Position numbers and translations under genes: made by a program | In this document: one piece after another, positions 18,881-28,897 of the stretch | How positions within the stretch are numbered: the stretch's first letter is position 1 | Layout: each line of letters starts with the position of its first letter | Notes under the pieces: model-generated | What the model saw: the letters and a program-made list of their open reading frames with translations, nothing else | Told to the model about the DNA's origin: nothing | The model's database searches: none | DNA from: a virus | DNA length: 64,000 bases | Virus record (IMG/VR): IMGVR_UViG_3300031652_000001 | Direction: 5' to 3' (one strand)

Positions 18881-19795
18881 TCAACAGCACTGAGGAAGCG
18901 CTTGAGCAAGAGCTATAATCTGATCAACACGATTGGCAAGATCAGTCCTCCCAATATCAATAGCGTCTTGTCTCCTATCGTCCAACTCTGTCAAAATTTG
19001 CTCCCTGCTCAAATTGGCCGCATAAGCGATCACCTTCATCGTAGCAAGCCGATCCGCCTGATCAGGAAAAACCGCCTGGTAATCATTCACCACCTTATCC
19101 ACCAATGGATAAACGATCTCCCTCGAACAATTCATAATCTCAGGCAACAACAGATCCACGGTATGGCATTCGCCACACCCATCGATGACCTTCATCACCT
19201 TCGATGTATCCTCGTTGTCCCCAAAACAAACCCTTGCCCACAGCTTGTAACAGCCAGGAGGGACATCCATTTCCACATGGTTTATGTATTCCCCTGAAGG
19301 CGGCTGAATCTTAATCCGCTGTGCACCATGATAATACCTGGTACTGATACTGTACCCAGAACCCTGCTCAATAGGAGCCCACGCAAGATCACAGTTCCCA
19401 CCAATCACCAGTGTAGCCGATGGACCTTTATCCTCAGACGTAATGGTTATATGACCATCCTCCAAAGTTATTTCACAATCCGAAAAAACGTTTTTGATCT
19501 GACTATAGATCTCAACCTGTGTTGCCGCCGGTGTCGTGAATATATGTGTCTGAAGTGTTCCAGACCCAACCGTAACCTCCAAGGTTTTTCCGGATTGATC
19601 CACCAGAGGAAAATCTGTCAGTTCAAAAACCCTTGCCGGTTTTGAGTATCGATCTTTCAACTGATCAACGATCGGAAACACCTCATACAACGGAGTTCCA
19701 TTACACAACTGTACAACCAAATCCAGGAGCCAGCCTGTCTTTATCGGAACACAAGCGCTGTCTCTAACCATGACGTTCAAACGTGATGTACCCAT
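18881..19795 (-). CDS. Hypothetical protein (possibly virion-associated, beta-rich)
   Basis: GGAGG RBS; 304 aa. Confidence 0.7.
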   Translation of the reverse strand: MGTSRLNVMVRDSACVPIKTGWLLDLVVQLCNGTPLYEVFPIVDQLKDRYSKPARVFELTDFPLVDQSGKTLEVTVGSGTLQTHIFTTPAATQVEIYSQIKNVFSDCEITLEDGHITITSEDKGPSATLVIGGNCDLAWAPIEQGSGYSISTRYYHGAQRIKIQPPSGEYINHVEMDVPPGCYKLWARVCFGDNEDTSKVMKVIDGCGECHTVDLLLPEIMNCSREIVYPLVDKVVNDYQAVFPDQADRLATMKVIAYAANLSREQILTELDDRRQDAIDIGRTDLANRVDQIIALAQALPQCC

Positions 19796-19905
19796 TCAAT
19801 TCCTCCCTTTATCGTTCACATACCCAAATATTTCTGAAACCGACAAAGGTGATAGACCACGGAAAAAAACATCGCAACAAAAAATATTTATGGAAAAGAA
19901 AGGAA

Positions 19906-20355
19906 CTAAGAATTCAGAACATGATCGAAAGCTTGCAGTGCATCACAAATTTTCTCAATCCTCCTCGAAACCTTTTTCTCATGTTTTGAATGACCGGATG
20001 TTGCCCTTGCCAACTTCTCTGAAAGTCCCCTTGCCAAAGAAGCATAGTCAATCAACCCAATAACACTGTAAAGTTTATCCTTCGAATCAACACGATCAAC
20101 ATGCTCACCAACAACATAGACAGACTTATTCGTAATGAAAATATTATCGACTTTCAAAACTCTTCCTTCGAAGTCATCCATGTTGTCGCCAACAATATCT
20201 ATGACAGGAAATACGGCCTCAACCAAACGCCAAACAGCCTCAACCTTCAATGAAGAAAATTCCTTTCTAGCCTCCCCACTTTTATTCCACTCACTCAGCA
20301 ATCTCTCAACTTGCTGAACCAAAATCCCATCAATCTTCGACATCATTATCCTCAT
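19906..20355 (-). CDS. Hypothetical protein
   Basis: ORF overlapping the upstream stop. Confidence 0.6.
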   Translation of the reverse strand: MRIMMSKIDGILVQQVERLLSEWNKSGEARKEFSSLKVEAVWRLVEAVFPVIDIVGDNMDDFEGRVLKVDNIFITNKSVYVVGEHVDRVDSKDKLYSVIGLIDYASLARGLSEKLARATSGHSKHEKKVSRRIEKICDALQAFDHVLNS

Positions 20356-21193
20356 TCGTCTGCTGTATCAACGGATGATTCCAGTTCACTATCAGTACCC
20401 CAAAAGTATCAACATCACCCCTTCCCGATTTTTTATTTTCCCGCTTCCAAACATTCCTCTTCTCCATCTCAATAATGGTCTCCCTGATGTCCTTTCTCGC
20501 CAATTCAGGAAATCTATCAGACAAGAAATTGATAAAAGGAGAAAGCCAGAGCTCTGGGTTATTATACCGCGCTCTCATCTCGTGAGCGACATGAGCAAAA
20601 GCCTCCCATCTCTCAGCTTCCTCTTTATCAATCCCCTTTGGAATAGCACTCTTCTTCTTCTTCTTTTCATCAGCTTTTTTAGGAATCGTGGATGGCGCCA
20701 ACAGCATACACTCCACAAGTTTAGTTGGATCAAAGAAACTCTTTTCTCCAATAAATCTCAAAAGATCTCCGGACATGGACTGAGGCATTGAACAGACAAA
20801 ACACCTTTTACCAAGCTCTTTCAGTTTGGCAACCACCGGTATAAAATCACGATCCCCACCAATTATACAAAACGTTTCAATGTTCGGTCTCGTGTAAACA
20901 GTCTCAATAGCGTCAACGGCCAACATGAGGTCAGCAGAATTTTTGGATAGCTCGGCAAGCACATGCATCGAAACAAAGCCATCAAGGGCAAGCTCATTCG
21001 CCATGGATGCATATTCATGATCTCCAAAGGGGAGATAGCTCCTTCTTATCACCACAGTAGAATCGAACTCTGTTTCTATCTTAGATATTACCGCCTCAAT
21101 GATGTTCATGAAGAGAATGTCGTGTTCCTGATATTTGCCACGTAAAGACAAATACAGATTCTCATAGTCAAGAAGTATCGCCGCCAAACTCAT
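20330..21193 (-). CDS. NYN (LabA/DUF88, PIN-like) RNase domain protein
   Basis: LLDYEN, KNSADLMLAVDA and GGDRDFIP acidic motifs. Confidence 0.9.
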   Translation of the reverse strand: MSLAAILLDYENLYLSLRGKYQEHDILFMNIIEAVISKIETEFDSTVVIRRSYLPFGDHEYASMANELALDGFVSMHVLAELSKNSADLMLAVDAIETVYTRPNIETFCIIGGDRDFIPVVAKLKELGKRCFVCSMPQSMSGDLLRFIGEKSFFDPTKLVECMLLAPSTIPKKADEKKKKKSAIPKGIDKEEAERWEAFAHVAHEMRARYNNPELWLSPFINFLSDRFPELARKDIRETIIEMEKRNVWKRENKKSGRGDVDTFGVLIVNWNHPLIQQTNEDNDVED

Positions 21194-21196
21194 AGT

Positions 21197-21433
21197 TCAC
21201 CTTTCTTTCTTGATAATGTCGGTCACCTCTTTTCTCATCCTCTCACAATTCTTAACATCCTTCATGATGGACAGAAAAGACAGCTCGGTCATGGTCAACG
21301 ATCTACTCCTCAGGCGATCATCCCTGTAGCAAATTCTCATCAAACCCTTCCTCTCCTGGTAATGAAGGGTATACCCATTTCTCATCCCCGTCTGAATCGC
21401 TTCAACCGCTTGTTCTCTCGAAACCTTTCCCAT
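21197..21433 (-). CDS. Hypothetical protein
   Basis: GGAGG RBS before MGKVSRE. Confidence 0.55.
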   Translation of the reverse strand: MGKVSREQAVEAIQTGMRNGYTLHYQERKGLMRICYRDDRLRSRSLTMTELSFLSIMKDVKNCERMRKEVTDIIKKER

Positions 21434-21496
21434 CTTATAAAAACCTCCATAAAAAAGTCGAGCCCCACCTTTGAGGCCCGACCATGTCTCGCTCAA

Positions 21497-22678
21497 TTAT
21501 GCCGCTTTGTTGTCAACAACCTTTATATTGCACCTGGTAAGAACTGTCTGTTTCACACCCTTGTACGCATCATGTTTTTTGACAGTACCAGTAACCACCA
21601 CCTCTGCACCAATCTCATAGTCGACATCAGTGGAGGTAAACCACTTGAACTTGTTTCCATCGGAATCCTCGAAAAGAACCATGAAGCACTCACCAAACTG
21701 CCCGTAAAAACCACGAACCATGGTGATAACCGCTTTGATCCCTTTGATTCTCTCACCTATATTACCAATGTGCTCGGAGACCTTTTTCACCGGCTTCTTC
21801 GCTCTCACGTTGTCCCTGTCGTATGCCGCCACCAAAGACGCCACCAAACCCCTTGTCCGCCCCGTAACGTGGTCCAGATTGCACGCAACCTGAAGATTCC
21901 AGATGTATTCGCTCCACATTCCATCTTGCTTCGCTTTGATCCAAGCCATCGCCGCATCGGCCTTTTCGAAATCTCCCTTGGTCGGTTGACTGCGCTGCCA
22001 CTGTTCAATATCGTACCTGTTCTCCGTCTTCGGGAGCGGCCAATACAAGAACTCAGCAGACCTCACAGTCGCCTTGTTATCCTTGGAGGGATAGAAGCAC
22101 CCATCTTGCCTTACGGCCGCACACGCGCACGCCACGAAGTCTCTCGTTTCGGGGTAACCGGCTGTCACATCATAATCCCTGTACGTCCCCTCGTTGTACT
22201 CTTTCTCAAAACTGGCCCAGAACATGAAATATGAAGCCACCTTGTCAACGTCGATGTCCCTGATGAAGTCCGCCAAACAGGTTCTACCAACCTGCATGAT
22301 GATTCCAGTCTCAACGTGCTCGACGAAGAAGGTGTCCTTCCGACGCCGATTCGTGGAACAGTGGTCGCAATTCGGTTTCGCCGAACGCCAGTCGCCAATG
22401 TCCTTTATACTGTCGATCCGGGTAATGATGTTCCCCTTCTCAGTATGCTCAACCCTCGCAACAAGGCGATAGCCGTTCACTACAGGGATCTCCCCGGCCA
22501 ACTCGAACCGAACAGCTTCCACCTTGACGGATCTACCTCTGGCTACTTCGACCCTAAAAAAGGTTTCCTCAACGTTCTCGATGGAGATTCCACCACCAAT
22601 CTTCCGTCCCCTCTTATTGAGAGCCGCTACCTTTTTTTTGAATTTTGGGAAATGACTTGCTTCGATTACGTATGCCAT
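21497..22678 (-). CDS. Conserved phage protein with CxxC motif and C-terminal OB-fold-like domain
   Basis: CDHC...R.RKDTF...QVGRTCL and SEHIGNIGERI motifs; own promoter. Confidence 0.7.
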   Translation of the reverse strand: MAYVIEASHFPKFKKKVAALNKRGRKIGGGISIENVEETFFRVEVARGRSVKVEAVRFELAGEIPVVNGYRLVARVEHTEKGNIITRIDSIKDIGDWRSAKPNCDHCSTNRRRKDTFFVEHVETGIIMQVGRTCLADFIRDIDVDKVASYFMFWASFEKEYNEGTYRDYDVTAGYPETRDFVACACAAVRQDGCFYPSKDNKATVRSAEFLYWPLPKTENRYDIEQWQRSQPTKGDFEKADAAMAWIKAKQDGMWSEYIWNLQVACNLDHVTGRTRGLVASLVAAYDRDNVRAKKPVKKVSEHIGNIGERIKGIKAVITMVRGFYGQFGECFMVLFEDSDGNKFKWFTSTDVDYEIGAEVVVTGTVKKHDAYKGVKQTVLTRCNIKVVDNKAA

Positions 22679-22724
22679 TGTTTGCCTCCGCAGCAACCAT
22701 GAGGACTCCGCATCCTCTTCTACA

Positions 22725-22753
22725 AAGCTAATACGTATTCAGGGTCGCGTCAA
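22725..22753 (-). promoter_or_regulatory. Sigma70-type promoter
   Basis: TTGACG-17 nt-TAGCTT. Confidence 0.6.
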
Positions 22754-22781
22754 GCGATAATGCGAAATTGATTTCACATTA

Positions 22782-23681
22782 TCAAAAATCGCACAATCCC
22801 CACTTCATACAGGAAGACCTGTCCGGACTCCAAAATAACTCATACTGGACGCCCCCCCTCGACGTCTTTGACCACTCGACCACCTCATCTATCGGAGAAA
22901 AAACGGTCTTGCCCTTGACCTTTCTGGAAAAAAACGTCGGAGGAAGATAACCAAGAGACTCAAACGTCTCCCCTTTTGCAGCATACCTATCCCGAGCAAG
23001 CTTCTCCACCTTGCCCTCTATCTCCCTTATTAACGATATTTTCTCCGGAGACATCTCAGACACAAGACGGATCTCGTCTTTCCTGGCAAAAATACACGGC
23101 CAACACCCAACCCGCTTCACCCCTTTCGTATACAAAGAATTCGGTGGAATGTTGTGTCTCTTGTGAATGGCGATGACATCATCCTCTGTCCAAGTGATCA
23201 TCGGCCTCCAGGTGTCCACCCAATCAACGTCCTCCCACTCCTCAAGTTTCGATCTCGCTTTCGATTCAGCAGCTCGAACACCAACAGCGTTTACGATCTT
23301 GTCCTCCCCAAAGACCTCCTCAACCCAAGCCATGAATGGATAGATCTTCAAGCTCTGAGTACAGAACCGATTCATCCTCCCAGGAAACATCCCCTTCGAC
23401 AAAATTAATTCTTCCATGCCAAACCGTGGTTTTATCCACTCAATGTCACAGATTGTCTTGCTCAAAACATCACGGATATAGTCGTCCGTCGACGGATGTT
23501 CCCACCCCGTATCCATATGGACAGCCCGATATTCAATGCCAAGCTCCTTCAGAAGCAAACAAAGCGCTGTCGAATCCTTACCGCCTGATACACTGGCAAC
23601 AACAGGACGGCCATTCACCCTACCAATGTCCATATGCTCACCCAGAAATGGAAATTCCCGCTTGCTATGCCCCTTCATCAA
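22782..23681 (-). CDS. Phosphoadenosine phosphosulfate reductase family (PP-loop) protein
   Basis: SVSGGKDS, DTGWE, RFCT..LK, GVRAAES..R and RVGCWPC motifs. Confidence 0.9.
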   Translation of the reverse strand: MMKGHSKREFPFLGEHMDIGRVNGRPVVASVSGGKDSTALCLLLKELGIEYRAVHMDTGWEHPSTDDYIRDVLSKTICDIEWIKPRFGMEELILSKGMFPGRMNRFCTQSLKIYPFMAWVEEVFGEDKIVNAVGVRAAESKARSKLEEWEDVDWVDTWRPMITWTEDDVIAIHKRHNIPPNSLYTKGVKRVGCWPCIFARKDEIRLVSEMSPEKISLIREIEGKVEKLARDRYAAKGETFESLGYLPPTFFSRKVKGKTVFSPIDEVVEWSKTSRGGVQYELFWSPDRSSCMKWGLCDF

Positions 23682-24030
23682 ACTTCTCCTCGTTTTCTTT
23701 CTTCAACTCACACCCAGGTTGAGGATCGACAAAATATCAGGAGACCTGATACGGCCACCACACCCATAATATCGTGTCTAGTCTTTTTCTTTTGTCTTAT
23801 ATTTATGGAAAGGACTTTTTACAATATCAAAAGAAATCAACTGGTAATCAACAACCCTCTCAACACCATCCTCACCAACAACAGTCCTACCCTTCCCACC
23901 AATTGAAATTGATATAGAAGCCGGTCTCCTTCTTCGAAGGTATTCGCTGTAGTGCCATATCCTGATTCTTGAAAACCACCAATATATCAAGACCAAAGAT
24001 AGTAGAAGAGCACCTCCAACAATTAGCAGA

Positions 24031-24729
24031 TCACAGAGCATTACCAAACTCCAACGCCTTCTTTATCTCGAATTCCGTTTTGGTCATAAATGAATACCGG
24101 AAACCACTTTTGTTATCCTTCAAAGCACGACACCACTTCTTCCAGTATTTCGATCTCGGAGCAACAATGTATGCCCCTCCCTCGGCGCCATATTCCGGAT
24201 CATCCACATCCTCACAAAGAAACCGAACCACGTTTGGATTCCAGCTCGTATGACCGGCCGTCTTGTGCGCGTCGACCCACCCATCCGTGATCCCCCTCCG
24301 GACCATCTCATCCCTGAGCATATCCGCAAACCCTCCGTCTGTCCCAGGTCCTACCCCCTTGACGTTTGTATCCCTGACATTGTTCTCGGCTGCCAGGCAA
24401 GCATAGAGCCCCACCTTCAGGTCCTCTTCTGCCCTAAGATTCGCCACCAAAAGATCAACGTACTTCAACGTCAAACCGAACTTGATGCCATGAGGAAAAC
24501 CATGACCAAAAAAGGCCAACACCTGCAACCCTTCTCGTTTGGAGATTTCCCCAAGGACCAGATCCCTCCTATTCGCCGGTTTGTTACCCCTCGTACAATC
24601 GACGCCGATGAAATTTTCATCAGGTATGCCGTAATAACGTTTGAAGGCTTTCGCCTCGGGTATAAAAGCCCCCGTCGCGTCAACTCTTCCAGGTTCGTTT
24701 TTCTTCGAATAAAAGACCAATGCTTTCAT
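24031..24729 (-). CDS. Hypothetical protein (possible His-Cys peptidase-like)
   Basis: FFGHG and LYAC motifs reminiscent of a caspase-like His/Cys dyad; weak. Confidence 0.5.
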   Translation of the reverse strand: MKALVFYSKKNEPGRVDATGAFIPEAKAFKRYYGIPDENFIGVDCTRGNKPANRRDLVLGEISKREGLQVLAFFGHGFPHGIKFGLTLKYVDLLVANLRAEEDLKVGLYACLAAENNVRDTNVKGVGPGTDGGFADMLRDEMVRRGITDGWVDAHKTAGHTSWNPNVVRFLCEDVDDPEYGAEGGAYIVAPRSKYWKKWCRALKDNKSGFRYSFMTKTEFEIKKALEFGNAL

Positions 24730-25139
24730 GAGTCATCTCCATTCTTTCTAAAAACCATCGTGGCATAATTTGATGGCCTTTCCGCCATTATGTACACATG
24801 GATTTTTATCTCAGAACAATTCTCGTCAACAACAGCCCTCGCCGGTACACCGTGATACCTCAGACCGATGGACATGCAGTTTGCAAAAAAATGCTCCATA
24901 CCTTGACCCAATTCTCGCAAGATGTTCTCAATCTCTGCCATTGAAACAAGCTTCCGAATGGCATCAATAGAAAACTTCGCAGTAGCCCATTCTTTGAATT
25001 CCGGAGTCTTATTCAGATTCTCAAGAAAAACTACCCGTCTCGAAAAAAAACCAGTTATCTTGGCAACTACTCCATCACAAATGACCGTTTCACCAACAGA
25101 AAACTGTCCTACTCTTTTCATCTTTTTCCTATCAACCAT
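24726..25139 (-). CDS. Hypothetical protein
   Basis: GAGG RBS; ATGA overlap. Confidence 0.6.
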   Translation of the reverse strand: MVDRKKMKRVGQFSVGETVICDGVVAKITGFFSRRVVFLENLNKTPEFKEWATAKFSIDAIRKLVSMAEIENILRELGQGMEHFFANCMSIGLRYHGVPARAVVDENCSEIKIHVYIMAERPSNYATMVFRKNGDDS

Positions 25140-25240
25140 CTCTTACCTCATAAATACATCTACAACAAAAATTCTTATCTTGTTGTTACATCAATTGAAA
25201 AAAACCGGATACCGGAGCACGTTATTCCACATGCTCCGGT

Positions 25241-25360
25241 TGCGACAGGCTCCGGAAAACCTACGGTCCCTTTGGACCGGCCAGTGGCCTTAATTCGGAC
25301 GAAAGGAGATAGGGAATGAGGAACCCCATTAAATTTCCGAAACACTGGTCTTGTGTCGCA
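25241..25360. ncRNA. Candidate structured RNA
   Basis: Nested stems tgcgaca/tgtcgca, ggccagtg/cactggtc and ttcgga/tccgaa, plus an adjacent hairpin at 25211-25240. Confidence 0.45.
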
Positions 25361-25595
25361 CATAGCGCCTCCACCAGGATGCTTTTATCGCCAAGCCCAG
25401 AGCGCGTCCAAACCCACCTTGTCGGACGTATCAAGTGGACTGAAAGAGGACACCCCTCCAATCCCTTTATCAGGTAATCCCAAGTCTGCTCTCAATTCAA
25501 AAACTTCTTGGCGACTACTTGTTACTGAAAAATGTTTCGTGTCACTAGCCAATTTCAATATCCTATTCCACGATTCAATATCCATGTCTTCTCCA

Positions 25596-25811
25596 TCAAG
25601 CATCAATAATAATAGACAGAGCCTCTTTTTCTTTTTTTGAAAACCCAATAGCAAAAGAAGCAAACTCTACCGTTCTTTTGTCTATCAAGCTCTCTATACC
25701 ACCCTCTATATTGGACTTCTCAAAGACATCACCAGAATCAGGATCTCCACCACAAGCCTTCACATACGCCCTTACCCGCTTAAAGAGATCCAGTCTATCC
25801 TTTGCCCTCAT
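25596..25811 (-). CDS. Hypothetical protein
   Basis: Short ORF downstream of tRNA. Confidence 0.5.
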   Translation of the reverse strand: MRAKDRLDLFKRVRAYVKACGGDPDSGDVFEKSNIEGGIESLIDKRTVEFASFAIGFSKKEKEALSIIIDA

Positions 25812-25829
25812 TGGAAATCACCATCCTTG

Positions 25830-25903
25830 TTGCGGGGGCCGGATTTGAACCGACGACCTTTTGGTTATGAACCAAATAAGCTACCAGACTGCTCTACCCC
25901 GCA
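25830..25903 (-). tRNA. tRNA-Met(CAU), initiator-like body
   Basis: UGCGGGG...AGAGCAGUCUGGUAGCU...CAU; fMet-like but U1-A72 paired. Confidence 0.87.
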
Positions 25904-26052
25904 AGATGAGTAGGATAGCTGCAACCATCCTACTCTGATAGATTTGGATCACGACTCTATCAATCGCTGCTACACCGAGAGGGAATATTACAAAAAAAAA
26001 CCTCGGCCGATCCATTCCCATAGTGCCTAACCCCTCAGTCACTACATAAAGC

Positions 26053-26307
26053 CTAATGCATTACATACATGATCGCAAGGCCAATACCCGTCAATAATGA
26101 AAAAATAAAAGCCACCCTGGCAACAATATAAAATGATCTACTCATTGGAACAACCCTGTAGAAACCATACTCCTCATTCACCTCGTCCAAAACTTTTTGG
26201 ACCTCATAGGAAGACATCTTCCCCACATCAATATATTCAACTTTTCGTTCAGGACGTGGCCAAGGCTCCTGTGGCTCAACATGTTCTGGTATTAACGGAT
26301 TACTCAT
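26053..26307 (-). CDS. Hypothetical membrane protein
   Basis: C-terminal TM helix. Confidence 0.55.
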   Translation of the reverse strand: MSNPLIPEHVEPQEPWPRPERKVEYIDVGKMSSYEVQKVLDEVNEEYGFYRVVPMSRSFYIVARVAFIFSLLTGIGLAIMYVMH

Positions 26308-26644
26308 CGTTTGTATCCCATTTCATCACATATACAGACTCACCTCGACTTATAACAAACCTCCCCTTTGAGTCCTTCTCATTTCTGTCGATGTCGTCAC
26401 AAGTCAAAAACACTCCATCTGGCATGGCAACATGCTCATTGAACCATTTTACAAAATCATTCTTGTCCATTTTTCTTTTCCTGGTCATCCAGCCAATCAC
26501 GAACCTTTTCGTGATCAACACGAGAAAACAACTGAATGGTCCCGTCATCCTTGTCGACTTGAGCACCGATAGCACCATAATGCGTATCATACATATCGTC
26601 ATCAATTCCGAAAAGACCATTCAATATCCCAAGAACACCAACCT

Positions 26645-26965
26645 TCAACCTTTTTCCCATTCATAAAGATATTTTATTGGGGGTGGTTCAGGAACAGGTG
26701 GAACCGCATTTGGAACAATATCTGTCCACTTTGACAAATCACCATCTTCACACAGTTGATCATCTGTCCTGTTATCGATCTGTATCAACAGAACATAAGG
26801 CAAGTCGAGTTGCCCCGTGAAAGCCTTTTCGACAATACCCACTGGAGCATGCATAGCTCCAACATCAAGCTCCTCAGAGTCAACTGAAAATCCGTGGAGG
26901 AAACCGTAATAGTCAACCTCCTTCTGTTCCCTCGTCTTATAGACAATTACCCTTTTTTTCATCAA
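26645..26965 (-). CDS. Hypothetical protein
   Basis: GAGG RBS. Confidence 0.55.
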   Translation of the reverse strand: MMKKRVIVYKTREQKEVDYYGFLHGFSVDSEELDVGAMHAPVGIVEKAFTGQLDLPYVLLIQIDNRTDDQLCEDGDLSKWTDIVPNAVPPVPEPPPIKYLYEWEKG

Positions 26966-26981
26966 TGACCTCTCAATCCAG

Positions 26982-27055
26982 CACGCCCGGCCCGACTCGA
27001 ACGGGCGACCTCCGGTTTAGGAAACCGATGCTCTATCCTGCTGAGCTACGGGCGC
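26982..27055 (-). tRNA. tRNA-Arg(CCU)
   Basis: Canonical cloverleaf, loop UUCCUAA. Confidence 0.92.
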
Positions 27056-27067
27056 AAAAAAATAACA

Positions 27068-27376
27068 TCAAATCCTATGGCCACTCTCTCTTCCAGGATC
27101 AGCTCCACTAATAGTGGTCCCTGGATTCATAGAGACTCTCACTGAAGAAGTCGGAACATTATGCTTATCTCGCTCAACAGCTTCCTCGCCAAAAGCAACC
27201 ACGGCATCAAACGCAACTCTCGCAAGAACATAATCCGGAGTGTTCGAGTAAGCCTCAAAACCATTCCTATTGAACAGCTCTCTGAGCTGACTCAATATTT
27301 CACGCTCGACTTCCCTCGACGGCTTCTTCCCAAACTTATCGTTGATACGTGTTTCAATTTTGTTTTCCATCTTCAA
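27068..27376 (-). CDS. Hypothetical protein
   Basis: SNTPDYVLA motif, common in phage proteins. Confidence 0.6.
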   Translation of the reverse strand: MKMENKIETRINDKFGKKPSREVEREILSQLRELFNRNGFEAYSNTPDYVLARVAFDAVVAFGEEAVERDKHNVPTSSVRVSMNPGTTISGADPGRESGHRI

Positions 27377-27785
27377 GACCTTTTATGATTTTTTCACTGT
27401 ATTTCAAAGCAAACGATGTCTCAGAATAGTTGAGACAAATCATCTTCACAGCAATCGTCGATATATCAGAAACCTTTTCGACCAATGCTGTATATCCAGT
27501 ATGGATTGTCTTCCCGTGAGCAACCCTTACCCTCCAACCAGTCTGAAACGGCTTTAGTGAAACTGAAATCAAACTTTCAAAAGCATCAGAAAGCACTTCT
27601 TCAAGGTTCCACATCCCACCAAACAAAACCTCATTTATTACCCGTATCGGTACATCCTGACCCAACAATCTAATGTACTCAATAACAACAGAATGAACAT
27701 CATCATCAACGATACTGTGTTCAAGAAGATCCCAATTGTAATTAATCTTTTTTGCAAAAACAGAATACACAATCACCACCTCTTG

Positions 27786-27859
27786 TCGGGACGAGAGGAT
27801 TTGAACCTCCGACATCCGGTTCCCAAAACCGGCGCGCTACCAAACTGCGCTACGTCCCG
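27786..27859 (-). tRNA. tRNA-Pro(UGG)
   Basis: Canonical cloverleaf, loop UUUGGGA. Confidence 0.93.
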
Positions 27860-27862
27860 AGA

Positions 27863-27970
27863 GGAACACCAACAGAATTCGAACCCAACGCTTTGACAAT
27901 CGGTCAACCTTGTCTCACGTAGACTGACTTTAGCCAGCCTGAACGATTCCAAACATTCCTATGATGCCCC
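27863..27970 (-). ncRNA. tRNA-like element (atypical)
   Basis: Acceptor-like stem GGGGCAUCA/UGGUGUUCC and a GUUCGAAU T loop, with no recognisable D or anticodon arm. Confidence 0.4.
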
Positions 27971-28004
27971 ATATTTTTTCTTCTCATTCCCCTCAGAAGG
28001 AGGA

Positions 28005-28391
28005 TTATTCGATTTCAAAAAAATTATCCGCTCGCGCACTCGGTTTTTCAACATCAAAGTTCTCCCATGAGGGCTTTCTCCTCAAGATAAGATGGTCGCT
28101 GTTGTTAACGGTACCACTCTTTCGAACTTCTCTTCCTATCACCCAATACAACATCGTTCCTTCTTTTATCAGATGTTGTTCGCCTTCAGCGATAGACCGA
28201 AATTTGAACTCACCCTCAATAATCTCTGTGCTTTCGGCTCCAACTTTGTGAAGGTGTGCGATGAAAGAATCTTCGAGTACTTTCTTGATACAGCCGTCCC
28301 ATTCCTCAACCAATCCACCCATCGAACGACTTTTGCCACCCCTGTAAATCACAGTAGGATTACTCTCCATTTCCCTGTTTCTTTTTCCCAA
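28005..28391 (-). CDS. Hypothetical protein
   Basis: AGGAG RBS. Confidence 0.6.
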   Translation of the reverse strand: MGKRNREMESNPTVIYRGGKSRSMGGLVEEWDGCIKKVLEDSFIAHLHKVGAESTEIIEGEFKFRSIAEGEQHLIKEGTMLYWVIGREVRKSGTVNNSDHLILRRKPSWENFDVEKPSARADNFFEIE

Positions 28392-28563
28392 CTTATCTCC
28401 TGTTTACACCGTAAATAAACTCAGCCGGAGTGTCCACTTATCAAAACGACTAAATACCCTGTCCAGAACCGTCCAAAGGTAATCTGCTTGCCTGACAAGC
28501 CACGAACTATCGCCCCCGGCCTGAACCCCCGGAAGGACCTTTCGGTAGTCCCAGAAGCTCTTG

Positions 28564-28731
28564 TGGGCCAAGCAGGATTCGAACCTGCACAGATGCTCTG
28601 ATGTTGGTATTCCCTGGTACGCGACTGTCCACCGATAGAATACCCATTTTCCAGTCAGCTTCAACACGCATCGATTCAGCATCTTATCCAACACGTCACC
28701 AGTTAGCGTCTACCTTTTCCGCCATTGGCCC
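28564..28731 (-). ncRNA. tRNA-Leu-like RNA with ~90 extra nucleotides in the anticodon/variable region
   Basis: Perfect acceptor GGGCCAA/UUGGCCC-A, Leu-type D arm GGCGGAAAAGGUAGACGC and perfect T arm GCAGG-UUCGAAU-CCUGC; 168 nt long. Confidence 0.7.
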
Positions 28732-28897
28732 ATTCTATCGAAGATCTTCCAGTGGATCGTCGTATTCTCCAAGCACCCAACCGAGAGCACTGGCGACACC
28801 ATCCAGAAAGGCATCATCCTCGTTCTCTTCTCTCATCTTCAATGCCTCTTCGTAAATCCTCTGAATATCTGGTCTGTCCATTTACCACCTCATTTTG

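Noticed and set aside
28410-28560. Possible additional structured RNA
   Set aside because: Some pairing is visible (cagccggag/cccggcctg) but too little to define a structure by eye.
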